Source: a virus. From it: a stretch of 42,262 nucleotides of DNA. This document shows, one piece after another, positions 1 through 7,704 of this stretch (position 1 is the first letter of the stretch; every line of letters begins with the position of its first letter). The DNA lies in IMG/VR virus record IMGVR_UViG_3300029681_000010. The stretch is one strand, 5' to 3'. A model generated the notes under the pieces. It was not told where the DNA came from. It did no database searches and saw only the letters and a list, made by a program, of their open reading frames with translations. The position numbers and the translations under genes were made by a program.

Positions 1-25
1 GCGGGGGAGGGGTTGCCTCCCCCGC
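1..25 (-). promoter_or_regulatory. Perfect 10-bp GC stem-loop just 3' of the major capsid gene
   Basis: gcgggggagg / ggttg / cctcccccgc. It sits 6 nt after the capsid stop (32-34) and, across the junction, just before the RBS of the 83-aa gene. No T-run follows on the minus strand, so it is not a classical terminator. Confidence 0.5.
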
Positions 26-95
26 CGTTACTCAGTTTGCCTCGACCGACGCGCTCCACGCATCGGACACGCTCTCCACGCGCACCATATTCTGC
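1..95. repeat. Direct terminal repeat copy A (circular assembly overlap)
   Basis: Read base by base, it is identical to 42168-42262. It includes the 3' end of the major capsid gene. Confidence 0.95.
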
Positions 96-1078
96 TCGAG
101 CAGGATTTTGGCCGTGCGGATACCCTTCCAGCCGACAGTCGAGCGCTGATCCAGCGGGTCAGCCGTACCGGCGCTGCCCTTGGGCTTGACGATGGTCTGC
201 AGGCCGCCGCCGGTGACCTCGGTGACGCCATAGGCGTTTTTGCCAAGGATCAGCGTGCCAAACACGCCGTAGTGGTTGTCGGTACTGCCGATCTTGGGGC
301 AAGAGGCATCCTTCCAGACCTTCGCCTCGGTCGACTCGACAAACCGCACGCCCGCAATCTCGCCAAGCTCCCCCGTGTACAGGTTGGTAGGATTGGCATA
401 CTTGTGCGCGTCGACCCACTCCGGGTCGCGCATCAGATCGTACGCGACGTACGGGTGAATGATACCGACGTACTTGCCGTTGATGGTCGGCACGTTTTTG
501 CTCTTCAGCGTCGCCACGGCACGCTGAATGGCCTTGACGGTCAGCTGGGACGTGTTGTCTAGCCCGGCGCGGGTGGTAACAGCCGTCTCCACGCCGGCGG
601 CGACCTTGGGGCAAAACAGCACGTTGGTGCCGCCCTGCAGGACGTTGCGCACGATGGTATCCATCGTAACGCCCGCCTGATCGCCAAGCAGCTGCGCGGC
701 CTCGACGGCCACGTTGTCGATGGCGGTAAGATCAAGCACATCGGTGATGCGGACAAAATAGCCGTACTGGTTGACGGTCGCCGTCAGGCTCGTCACGTCC
801 AGTGCGCCGCCGCTGGGGGTCACGCCCTCGGTCAGCGCGGTCAGCGCCTTGGGCAGCTGGTTAAACTTGCGGAACTCGATCGTTTTGCCGTTGCCGCGCG
901 GGATATCGCGCTTTTGTCCAAACTGATCGTGGACAAGGTGCGGCCCGGCCTCGCGCAGCAGCACCTTGTCGTAAAATGTCTTCATCTCGGCGGACAGGTT
1001 GTTGCCGGTTGCCGCCGAGGTCGTCGCATTGGTCACATCTGCAAACAGCTGCAGATCGATGTATCTCAGGTCGTTCAT
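32..1078 (-). CDS. Major capsid protein (HK97-fold type) with N-terminal LQLFA processing motif
   Basis: 348 aa. RBS AAGGGAG. Follows the scaffold gene. The central TIEFRK...LTEGVTPSG...QYGYFVRITD pattern is typical of HK97/N4-gp56-like capsid proteins. The N-terminus reads MNDLRYIDLQLFAD. Confidence 0.85.
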   Translation of the reverse strand: MNDLRYIDLQLFADVTNATTSAATGNNLSAEMKTFYDKVLLREAGPHLVHDQFGQKRDIPRGNGKTIEFRKFNQLPKALTALTEGVTPSGGALDVTSLTATVNQYGYFVRITDVLDLTAIDNVAVEAAQLLGDQAGVTMDTIVRNVLQGGTNVLFCPKVAAGVETAVTTRAGLDNTSQLTVKAIQRAVATLKSKNVPTINGKYVGIIHPYVAYDLMRDPEWVDAHKYANPTNLYTGELGEIAGVRFVESTEAKVWKDASCPKIGSTDNHYGVFGTLILGKNAYGVTEVTGGGLQTIVKPKGSAGTADPLDQRSTVGWKGIRTAKILLEQNMVRVESVSDAWSASVEAN

Positions 1079-1098
1079 ATTTCTCCCTTCCGGAGGGG

Positions 1099-1989
1099 TT
1101 AAAACCTGATCTTTTCGCCCCTCCTTGCTCGTCTGATAATCTCGTCCATATCAGCGTCAGACAGCTGCGACACGTCGCTTTTGACGGTGATCGGGGGCTT
1201 CGCGCCGCTCTCTGTCGGACGCTTGCCCTGTGCCTGGATCTTGTTGGCGATTTTGCGCTCGGTCTCCTGCGCCGTAAACTGCATGGCCTGTGGGATAAGC
1301 TGATCATGGTACAGCCCCCAGTAAGCGCCCTCGACGCTTGCCCCGTTCATCAGCGCGTTGAAAAACTGCGGATTCTGCAGCTCCTGCTGGAGATCCAGCT
1401 GCGGGTACTTTGCCGCGATTTCATCGGCTTCCCGCATCCACCTGGAGATGTTTTCATCCATCTTCCGGCGGTTCTCCTGCTCCGCAAGCTGTTCGCGCAG
1501 CTGGGCATTCTCCCGCTCGGCCTTGCGCATCGTCTTGACCTGCTCAACGCCGATGCCAAGCCGCTCGGCCTCCTGCTCGTAAAAGGCGTCATCCTCGGCC
1601 ACGGCCTTTGTCAGCCCATCCACGTCCGATACATCGACGTGATACCGCTCCGACAGCATCTGCAGAAGCGGCTGTGCCGCCCTGTACTTATCTGCCGTCT
1701 CCCGTGTACCCTTTGTGCGCCGCTGGATCGTATCCTGCATCCGCTTGTTGTACACGTCCCGGTACTCGCCCTTGATAAGCGCGTCAAACTCCTTGACAAG
1801 ATCTCTCGGTTTTTGCTCGGCCTGATCCTCGGCGGCAGGATCTGTCTGCTGATCGGCCTGCAGTCCGTAGGCCACCTTGCTCAGGTCGCCCGTCTCTGCC
1901 GCCGCGCCCGTGCCCCCCTCTGCGGGAGCTGCCGCTGTGCCGCCCTCTGCGAAAAGCTGAAGGGTAAGCGGCCTTGCCATAATGTCCAT
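1099..1989 (-). CDS. Capsid scaffolding protein with N-terminal LQLFA processing motif
   Basis: 296 aa, charged and predicted helical (E/Q/K/A rich). Lies between the Prp and capsid genes. RBS GGAG 6 nt upstream. The N-terminus reads MDIMARPLTLQLFAEGG. Confidence 0.7.
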   Translation of the reverse strand: MDIMARPLTLQLFAEGGTAAAPAEGGTGAAAETGDLSKVAYGLQADQQTDPAAEDQAEQKPRDLVKEFDALIKGEYRDVYNKRMQDTIQRRTKGTRETADKYRAAQPLLQMLSERYHVDVSDVDGLTKAVAEDDAFYEQEAERLGIGVEQVKTMRKAERENAQLREQLAEQENRRKMDENISRWMREADEIAAKYPQLDLQQELQNPQFFNALMNGASVEGAYWGLYHDQLIPQAMQFTAQETERKIANKIQAQGKRPTESGAKPPITVKSDVSQLSDADMDEIIRRARRGEKIRF

Positions 1990-2052
1990 AGCGTACTCCT
2001 GCCCGTATGGTGGGCGATCCCGTAATCTGCCCGTATGGTGGGCGATCCCTTG

Positions 2053-2394
2053 TTATCGGGGATGCTCCCCGCTATCAACTCTGATGCAGCCCGGGTACTC
2101 CCTTTGCAGCAGCAATAGCCCGGACTCGACCGTGCCCCAGATTGCCCGCGCCTCGCGTTCCGCTGCCCCGCGCGGCCTGATCGCAATCGCCGCGTGCCCG
2201 TCGGAAAAGTCCACGCGCGGCTTTGCCCGAAGCTTGCCGTCTGCGCTTAGCTTGCCCGCCTGTGCCGCCAGCGTATAGCACAGGATGCTTGCCGCCGCGC
2301 ATACCAGATCATGCCCCGCCGGAGCGCTGCCGGCATGGCCGTCCATCTCCAGCGTCAGCAGTCCCGCGCGGTCGCCCATCCGCGCCGTAATCAT
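2053..2394 (-). CDS. prp: Prp-family cysteine protease (ribosomal-processing cysteine protease homolog)
   Basis: 113 aa. The motif LEMDGHAG...GHDLVCAAASIL matches the His/Cys dyad context of Prp (YsxB-like). ATGA overlap with the portal stop. Positioned between portal and scaffold. Confidence 0.8.
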   Translation of the reverse strand: MITARMGDRAGLLTLEMDGHAGSAPAGHDLVCAAASILCYTLAAQAGKLSADGKLRAKPRVDFSDGHAAIAIRPRGAAEREARAIWGTVESGLLLLQREYPGCIRVDSGEHPR

Positions 2395-4274
2395 CGCGGT
2401 GCGGCTCTGTCAGCCGCCTCCTGCCGCGCATTGCGCGTCGTGCTGCTCTCGCCGCCGTCTGCGGCGGTCTGATCCACCTTGCCCGGCGCCGCCTGTGTGC
2501 CGCCCTGCATCCCCGCCAACATCTGCTGCGAGTAATTTGTCCCGCCGAGCGTATCCGCAAGCTGCGCCATCGCCACGGCCTGCTGCTGCGCCGCCATAAG
2601 CTGCTGGTACAGTGTGCCGTTTGCGGCGATCCGCTGCATGATCTCGTCCTTGCGATCAAAATCCATCATCTCCAGGCACGCGAGCGCCTGATCCGAGAGC
2701 TGCGGATTAAAAAATCCGGCGCCAAAAAACTGCAGTGCCAGTTCGTTTTGGCTCATTCGGCTGTAGGGGCTGGCCTTTTCCGCCGAGATGTCGATGTCAA
2801 ACAGCGGCACGCGCGTCCCCATGTCGATGCCAAAGTCCGTCCCCTGCGCCTGCGGCTGCAGTCCCGCATTGGTGTAGCTGATAAATCGCTGCACACCGTT
2901 TTCCCCGATGATCCTGAACTGGCGGGGGAGATCGTAAAACTGCCGGATCAGCTCCACAACAAGAAGCACCACCTCGCGAAATGCGCGGTATGCCGCCTTG
3001 TTGCTGTCGCGCGATAGCTTGCTCCCCGCCTCCTGCATCGCCGCAATCGCCGACGCAGCCGTAACGCCGGAGGCCGTGCCGCCCGTAGATACGTCGCGGT
3101 TGCCGGTGGTCTCCTTCAGCTCGTCCACCTTGTGCTCCAGCACTGACAAATAGATGGCGCTTAGGCCGTATCCGGTCACCGGGGCGATGGAGTCCGTCCC
3201 CAGATTGCCGTCCGTGTGAACAAACGGCCTCGTCCAGTCGGCGTATTCCTCTTCGTTCACCGCGCCGTCTGCGCGGACGAAAAACCGAGGGGCCGCATTG
3301 GAGAGCATATTGCGCATGATCGCCTGCTCTCCGCGGTCGATGTACTCCTGCGCCCCCTTGCCTACGTCCACATAGCCAAAGCCGCACGGCGTCCCCTTGC
3401 ACCGGTACAGCGGGTCAAGCACAAACGGGTACTTCCCGTGATCGTACCATCCGCGATCCGCCATGCTCCGCCCTGTCGCATCCGGCTCCCGCTCGTTTTC
3501 CGTCGCATAGAGGACCGTGTCCCCCACGAACTTGCAGTAATGCAGGATCATCTGCCCATCGACGGATCGCTTGTAATACCAGTCCACCACCACGCTTTTG
3601 TCGCTGGTGTCCACGGCGTCATCGTAGCAGTACTTGCTGACGTCGATATTGCTGCCGCCCAGATGTCCGTCCAACTGCGGGTACATCCTGACAAGCGCGT
3701 CGTTATCCATCAGACTAAGGTGGTACACGTTGGGGGAGTCCTGGATGTCCGTCACGCCCGGCTCCCAGAACAGGTTGAGGACATCCACCGTCTCGATGGC
3801 GATGTCCCCCAGCCCGCCCAGCTTGTGCGCGTCCCAAAATACGCCGTAGATGCCCGTACCGCCGATCAGCTTGTCCCACGCTTCGTCGGAGTAAACCTGC
3901 TCGAAGCCCTCCTGCGCCAGCACCACCGGGACAATATCGCTCAGCCTCTCGGCCTCTTCCACGTCCCCCTGCTCCCGCGGGAGGATGTTCGGCGCGGGGT
4001 AGTTGTCCATCGCGTCCGCGTGCTTGTTGGCGATCGCGTTGAGCAGCCACGCCGAGACCGGCTCCACGTCCTGCTTGTGCCCCCGCATACACTCCCAGTG
4101 CCGGAGGCGATACCACTCCTCGTCGTCAATCACGCGCCGCTCCAGATTCGCTTTGCCCTGCTTGTAGCGGTTCAGCGTGTCTACGGCCGCGCGGATCTGC
4201 TCCGCGCCAATCACCGCCCTTACAACGTCGGCGGCCTTAATCTCCACGCCCTGCGTGGCGGTTGCGTCATCCAT
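2391..4274 (-). CDS. Portal protein
   Basis: 627 aa. Overlaps the terL stop by 8 nt. Size and position are canonical, and the C-terminal tail is Q/A rich. Confidence 0.8.
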   Translation of the reverse strand: MDDATATQGVEIKAADVVRAVIGAEQIRAAVDTLNRYKQGKANLERRVIDDEEWYRLRHWECMRGHKQDVEPVSAWLLNAIANKHADAMDNYPAPNILPREQGDVEEAERLSDIVPVVLAQEGFEQVYSDEAWDKLIGGTGIYGVFWDAHKLGGLGDIAIETVDVLNLFWEPGVTDIQDSPNVYHLSLMDNDALVRMYPQLDGHLGGSNIDVSKYCYDDAVDTSDKSVVVDWYYKRSVDGQMILHYCKFVGDTVLYATENEREPDATGRSMADRGWYDHGKYPFVLDPLYRCKGTPCGFGYVDVGKGAQEYIDRGEQAIMRNMLSNAAPRFFVRADGAVNEEEYADWTRPFVHTDGNLGTDSIAPVTGYGLSAIYLSVLEHKVDELKETTGNRDVSTGGTASGVTAASAIAAMQEAGSKLSRDSNKAAYRAFREVVLLVVELIRQFYDLPRQFRIIGENGVQRFISYTNAGLQPQAQGTDFGIDMGTRVPLFDIDISAEKASPYSRMSQNELALQFFGAGFFNPQLSDQALACLEMMDFDRKDEIMQRIAANGTLYQQLMAAQQQAVAMAQLADTLGGTNYSQQMLAGMQGGTQAAPGKVDQTAADGGESSTTRNARQEAADRAAPR

Positions 4275-5691
4275 CAGTTGCCTCCTTGATCGTCATCGGC
4301 GCAAGCTCCGGCGCGGGAAGAATGTCCTCGCGCGGAATATCCAGCGCCGTATACAGCGGGCTATCCAGATACGGATCCCGCGCATGCTTTGTGCGCGGCT
4401 TGATCGGCCTTGCCATGCACAGATACCGCATCTCGTCGGCGACGTGATCCTCGCCGGTGGTGTCCAGATCCTCGACGTGGTGTTCGTCGTACTGCAGCAG
4501 CGGGATCGTGCGGATCGCCGCGCGGCAGTTGGAAAAGATGTACATCTGCGCCCGCCCGGCCTCGTCGAAGGCCATCCGATAGTGCATCTGCATCCAGCCC
4601 GGTATGCGGCGGTTGTCCCCGCGCGAAAAGTACACGCCGTGCCGCGCGGCAGTCTCCTGGATGCTCTCGCCGCGCTCCGCGTCCCAGATGGCCGGATCTG
4701 CAATGCCCGTGATCATCTTGCCCTTCAGCCACCGGTGCTCCGTCTCGATCCGGTGGATCTCCGCAAACACCTTGTCCGGCGGCCACTTAAGCCCGGTGTT
4801 CGCCTCCCGTGTGCATCCGTACAGCTCCAGAATCCGGTAGAGGCATCCGTCGTAGTCGACCGCCCACCACCCGCATGAGAAGGGCTTGGCATAGCCCCAG
4901 TCAAACGACCGATAGATCCGCCAGTCCGGCGGGATCTCAAACGGCGCGATGACGTGCGTATAGCGCCGATCATCATAATGCGCCGGCGCATCCGCGAACT
5001 CCTCGAAAAATTGGCCCCAAAACACATCCCAGTCCCCGTTCAGCCATGCCCGGCGCAGACGCTCCGGCAGGGCCTCCAACTGCTGGATGTACTCCGGGTC
5101 CCGCCGCATCAGCGCGGTGTTGTCCGTCACCAGCGACTTGATAAACGCGTAATCTTCTGGGTTTTCCCCCGGCAAAAAGTGCCTGTCCACAAATAGCCGC
5201 TTGATGTACTGGTGGCCTTGCCCGCCGGGGTTACAGGTGTAGTACACCCGCTTCGGAAAGGCGTTCACGCCGCGAAGACACGCCGTGATGGTGGTCATCT
5301 GATACTCGCTCAGCTGCGTCGCCTCGTCCAGAAAAATCACGTCATATTCCACGCCCTGCAGCCGATCAAGATCCCCGTCCTTGGCGCAGTAGGCGAACGA
5401 AATAGAACTGCCGCCCGGCATCATCAGGATCTTGTCCTTGTCGTTATATCGCGCAACACCGGCCAGCTCCTGCCGCAGCTGCCGGATGTGGTTGTTGATC
5501 AGCTCCGGGTATGTCCGCCGGACGATCAGACACCGTATGCCGGGATACCGCAGGCACAGCAGCTTAGCCTTGGTGCGCACCGCCCAGCTTTTGCCGCCGC
5601 CGCGCGCACCGCCGAAGGCGATGTACTTGTGCCGATCGCGCAAAAACAGCTCCTGCCGCGCGTTGGGCTTGTCGATGTGGATTGTGATCAT
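4267..5691 (-). CDS. terL: Terminase large subunit
   Basis: Walker A FGGARGGGKS and Walker B-like VIFLDEA. The start is moved to MITIHIDK (ATG 5691), which forms an ATGA overlap with the terS stop. The ORF-track start at 5766 is an upstream extension. Confidence 0.9.
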   Translation of the reverse strand: MITIHIDKPNARQELFLRDRHKYIAFGGARGGGKSWAVRTKAKLLCLRYPGIRCLIVRRTYPELINNHIRQLRQELAGVARYNDKDKILMMPGGSSISFAYCAKDGDLDRLQGVEYDVIFLDEATQLSEYQMTTITACLRGVNAFPKRVYYTCNPGGQGHQYIKRLFVDRHFLPGENPEDYAFIKSLVTDNTALMRRDPEYIQQLEALPERLRRAWLNGDWDVFWGQFFEEFADAPAHYDDRRYTHVIAPFEIPPDWRIYRSFDWGYAKPFSCGWWAVDYDGCLYRILELYGCTREANTGLKWPPDKVFAEIHRIETEHRWLKGKMITGIADPAIWDAERGESIQETAARHGVYFSRGDNRRIPGWMQMHYRMAFDEAGRAQMYIFSNCRAAIRTIPLLQYDEHHVEDLDTTGEDHVADEMRYLCMARPIKPRTKHARDPYLDSPLYTALDIPREDILPAPELAPMTIKEATDG

Positions 5692-6089
5692 CCGCTGTAA
5701 TCCTCCGCGCCGCCGAGATCCACCTGTACCCCGCTCTGCGTCTGCCGGTCGCGGACCATCGTCCACTTGTCGATCAGCGTGCCGATCGCCGTGGTGATCT
5801 GCGCCGGGTTGGCCGCTGCCAGCTTATCATCATCGGCCAGCGCCGACAGCCCCTTGCCGATGATTTCGCACACAAGATCGGACTGCTGCCCCATGTACGC
5901 CAGCACGTCCTGCGTGTCCTGTTCTTTTTTTTGTGCGCAAAGCCGCGCGATCTCCGGTTCCGCCGCCACGATCCGCTTAACGCTGTTGGGTGCCACGCCG
6001 TTGATCCGCGCCGCTGCCGCGTATGATCCCAGCGCCACATAGTCGGCCACGATTTTTTTCCGCTTGCGCGGATTAATCACCTCGGCCAC
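5688..6089 (-). CDS. terS: Terminase small subunit (putative; N-terminal HTH)
   Basis: 133 aa, translationally coupled to terL. GTG start preceded by a G8 run acting as RBS. The N-terminal RKKIVADYVALGSYAAAARINGVAPNSVKR segment is HTH-like. Confidence 0.6.
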   Translation of the reverse strand: MAEVINPRKRKKIVADYVALGSYAAAARINGVAPNSVKRIVAAEPEIARLCAQKKEQDTQDVLAYMGQQSDLVCEIIGKGLSALADDDKLAAANPAQITTAIGTLIDKWTMVRDRQTQSGVQVDLGGAEDYSG

Positions 6090-6472
6090 GGCGTATCCCC
6101 CCCCATCGTGTGTCTGTTGTATTGATCTGCCAGCTCCCGCCCTTGCATATCGGCAGATAGTCCCCAGCCGTCACCGGCTACATCCTGCCGCGCTTACGGG
6201 AGCGGCTCCCCGCTTTGGCAGATGTCGCTGAACGCCTGCCCGTCATCCATGATTGGGGGATGATCAGCCCATTCTGGCGCGGCCCCGCGGAGTTGCACCG
6301 CGTAGATACTCTTGGCCGCATAGCCCCCCTTGCGGGGGGCGACAAAAAGGAGAATGTGGAGCCCCAAGCCATAACCCACGCATCTATTATATCCCTGATT
6401 TTTGCCAATGTCCCACGCCCAGCCCCGTCAAAACACGCAATTCCTAATGCGAATCTTTGTGCAGTATGCCTA

Positions 6473-6501
6473 TTGCGGTATGTTAAACATTGTTATACAA
6501 T
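6473..6501 (+). promoter_or_regulatory. Sigma-70-like promoter of the plus-strand cassette
   Basis: TTGCGG (6473-6478), 17-nt spacer, TACAAT (6496-6501), about 65 nt upstream of the 161-aa gene. Confidence 0.45.
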
Positions 6502-6564
6502 ATAGGCAAGATCAAACGATAGACACCCACCCACATCGGACAGGCCTTTGGCCGGAAAAGGAGA

Positions 6565-7050
6565 ATGAAAATGAAGTATGAAGTTAGCCTGAGCAATGAT
6601 AGCTGCATCTTTGACAGCGAAATCGGATTTGACACAATCGCGGAGGCGATCGAGTGGGGTCTGGGACGTGGACACCGCTATGTGCTCCAAGTCGGCGCGC
6701 AGGATGGCTACACCGTGTCGCTTGGCGTTGTCGGTGATAGGCTCACTTTCAACGTCGGCAGCCCCTGGGAGTGTACCTTCTCCGCCACCAAGTCCCTTGA
6801 CAAGATTGTCGACCACGTCCTGTGCGAGATCGTCGCCCACATCGGCGAATACGGGATGGGGCCTGACTGGAGCGAGGTCACGGTCAAGGAGGCCGTGCAG
6901 GCGTTTCGGATCACGCGCAAGAAGGACGGCAAACTTAGATACACCATGTGGGACGGGCAGGAGGACGCAACGCGCGATTATATCAAAGCCCATCGCGCGG
7001 AAATCATCCAGTATCTGGACGCGCAGGACGGCGTAAGTAAGGAGGCGTAA
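6565..7050 (+). CDS. Hypothetical protein (first gene of moron-like cassette)
   Basis: 161 aa. RBS AAGGAG, with spacing that favours the second ATG at 6571. No motif recognised. Confidence 0.65.
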   Translation: MKMKYEVSLSNDSCIFDSEIGFDTIAEAIEWGLGRGHRYVLQVGAQDGYTVSLGVVGDRLTFNVGSPWECTFSATKSLDKIVDHVLCEIVAHIGEYGMGPDWSEVTVKEAVQAFRITRKKDGKLRYTMWDGQEDATRDYIKAHRAEIIQYLDAQDGVSKEA

Positions 7051-7052
7051 CC

Positions 7053-7202
7053 ATGGCTAAAACCGCAACCGTCGGCCTACGCATCGATGCTGGCTTAAAG
7101 TCCCGTCTCGAGCAACTGGCCGCCGCCGACGGCAGATCTCTCTCCAACTACATCGAGCAGATCCTGCTCAAGGCCGTCAACGACGGCCAGAAAGGAGCAT
7201 AA
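7053..7202 (+). CDS. Ribbon-helix-helix (CopG/Arc-like) DNA-binding protein, 49 aa (absent from ORF track)
   Basis: Translated by hand as MAKTATVGLRIDAGLKSRLEQLAAADGRSLSNYIEQILLKAVNDGQKGA. The N-terminal beta strand followed by two helices is typical of RHH proteins. RBS AAGGAGG 7 nt upstream. Tightly packed between its neighbours. Confidence 0.7.
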   Translation: MAKTATVGLRIDAGLKSRLEQLAAADGRSLSNYIEQILLKAVNDGQKGA

Positions 7203-7203
7203 C

Positions 7204-7521
7204 ATGATTATCACCACACCCACCCGTACCGTCACCGTCTCCCTCCGCCGTTATACCGGCGGCTGGGACATGGGCTACAGCCCCGATTGCCTGCAGGATC
7301 TGGAACCCGATTTCCCGCGCACCCACCCCGATCGTCTGCCTGGCTCCGACATCATCGTCTCCAGCGATGAGGATCTCGACGATATGCTCGACTTTTGGCA
7401 CACCGCAGTCTATGCATCAAATCAGGGGCAGGACAACGATGGCCTCGATGGCCTGACCGAGGAGGAGATCGAGCGCGGCGACCAGTGGATCCTCGATGTT
7501 ATCGAGGGAGAGCGCATATAA
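7204..7521 (+). CDS. Highly acidic hypothetical protein (about 24 D/E versus 7 R, no K)
   Basis: 105 aa. RBS AAGGAG. Followed directly by a strong terminator. Confidence 0.65.
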   Translation: MIITTPTRTVTVSLRRYTGGWDMGYSPDCLQDLEPDFPRTHPDRLPGSDIIVSSDEDLDDMLDFWHTAVYASNQGQDNDGLDGLTEEEIERGDQWILDVIEGERI

Positions 7522-7526
7522 CAAAC

Positions 7527-7560
7527 AGCACCCAGCGTGATTGCTGGGTGCTTTCTTTTT
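7527..7560 (+). terminator. Rho-independent terminator of the cassette
   Basis: Stem agcacccagc / gctgggtgct, loop gtgatt, then ttcttttt. Confidence 0.8.
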
Positions 7561-7624
7561 GCTTTCCGTTTGCTTCCGTTTTGCTTGCTATTTGCTTCCG
7601 GTTTGCTTGCAACTTGCTTCCGCG
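7559..7624. repeat. Six tandem 11-bp repeats, TTGCTT(C/G)C core
   Basis: Cores start at 7559, 7570, 7581, 7592, 7603 and 7614, an exact 11-bp period. A purine-rich stretch at 7624-7655 follows, with two copies of gcaaagaaaagaaa that are roughly the reverse complement of the pyrimidine-rich left flank. Confidence 0.85.
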
Positions 7625-7704
7625 CAAAGAAAAGAAAGAAGCAAAGAAAAGAAATACTCCCCTAAGTAGATAAAAAGAATCTATCTTGTTACGCGGAAGG
7701 CTCT

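Noticed and set aside
1-95. The terminal repeat as a biological long terminal repeat or an att site duplication.
   Set aside because: It begins and ends inside an otherwise continuous gene string (it duplicates the capsid gene 3' end), and no host DNA flanks it. That pattern is typical of an overlap left by circular assembly.
6178-6505. ORFs 6178-6408 (minus) and 6215-6505 (plus) in the terS-upstream gap.
   Set aside because: There is no RBS, the composition is odd (Arg/Pro/Gly-rich), and the two overlap each other. The region is treated as non-coding regulatory DNA.
7559-7624. The tandem repeats as a CRISPR array.
   Set aside because: The units are 11 bp and contiguous, with no spacers, and there are no cas genes. 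This is a simple phased tandem repeat.
7053-7624. The RHH gene plus the 11-bp repeats as a complete plasmid-type partition system.
   Set aside because: No ParA, ParM or TubZ-type NTPase motif (such as a Walker A box) is visible in the neighbouring 161-aa or 105-aa proteins, and the phage encodes an integrase. It is kept only as one hypothesis for the repeat array.
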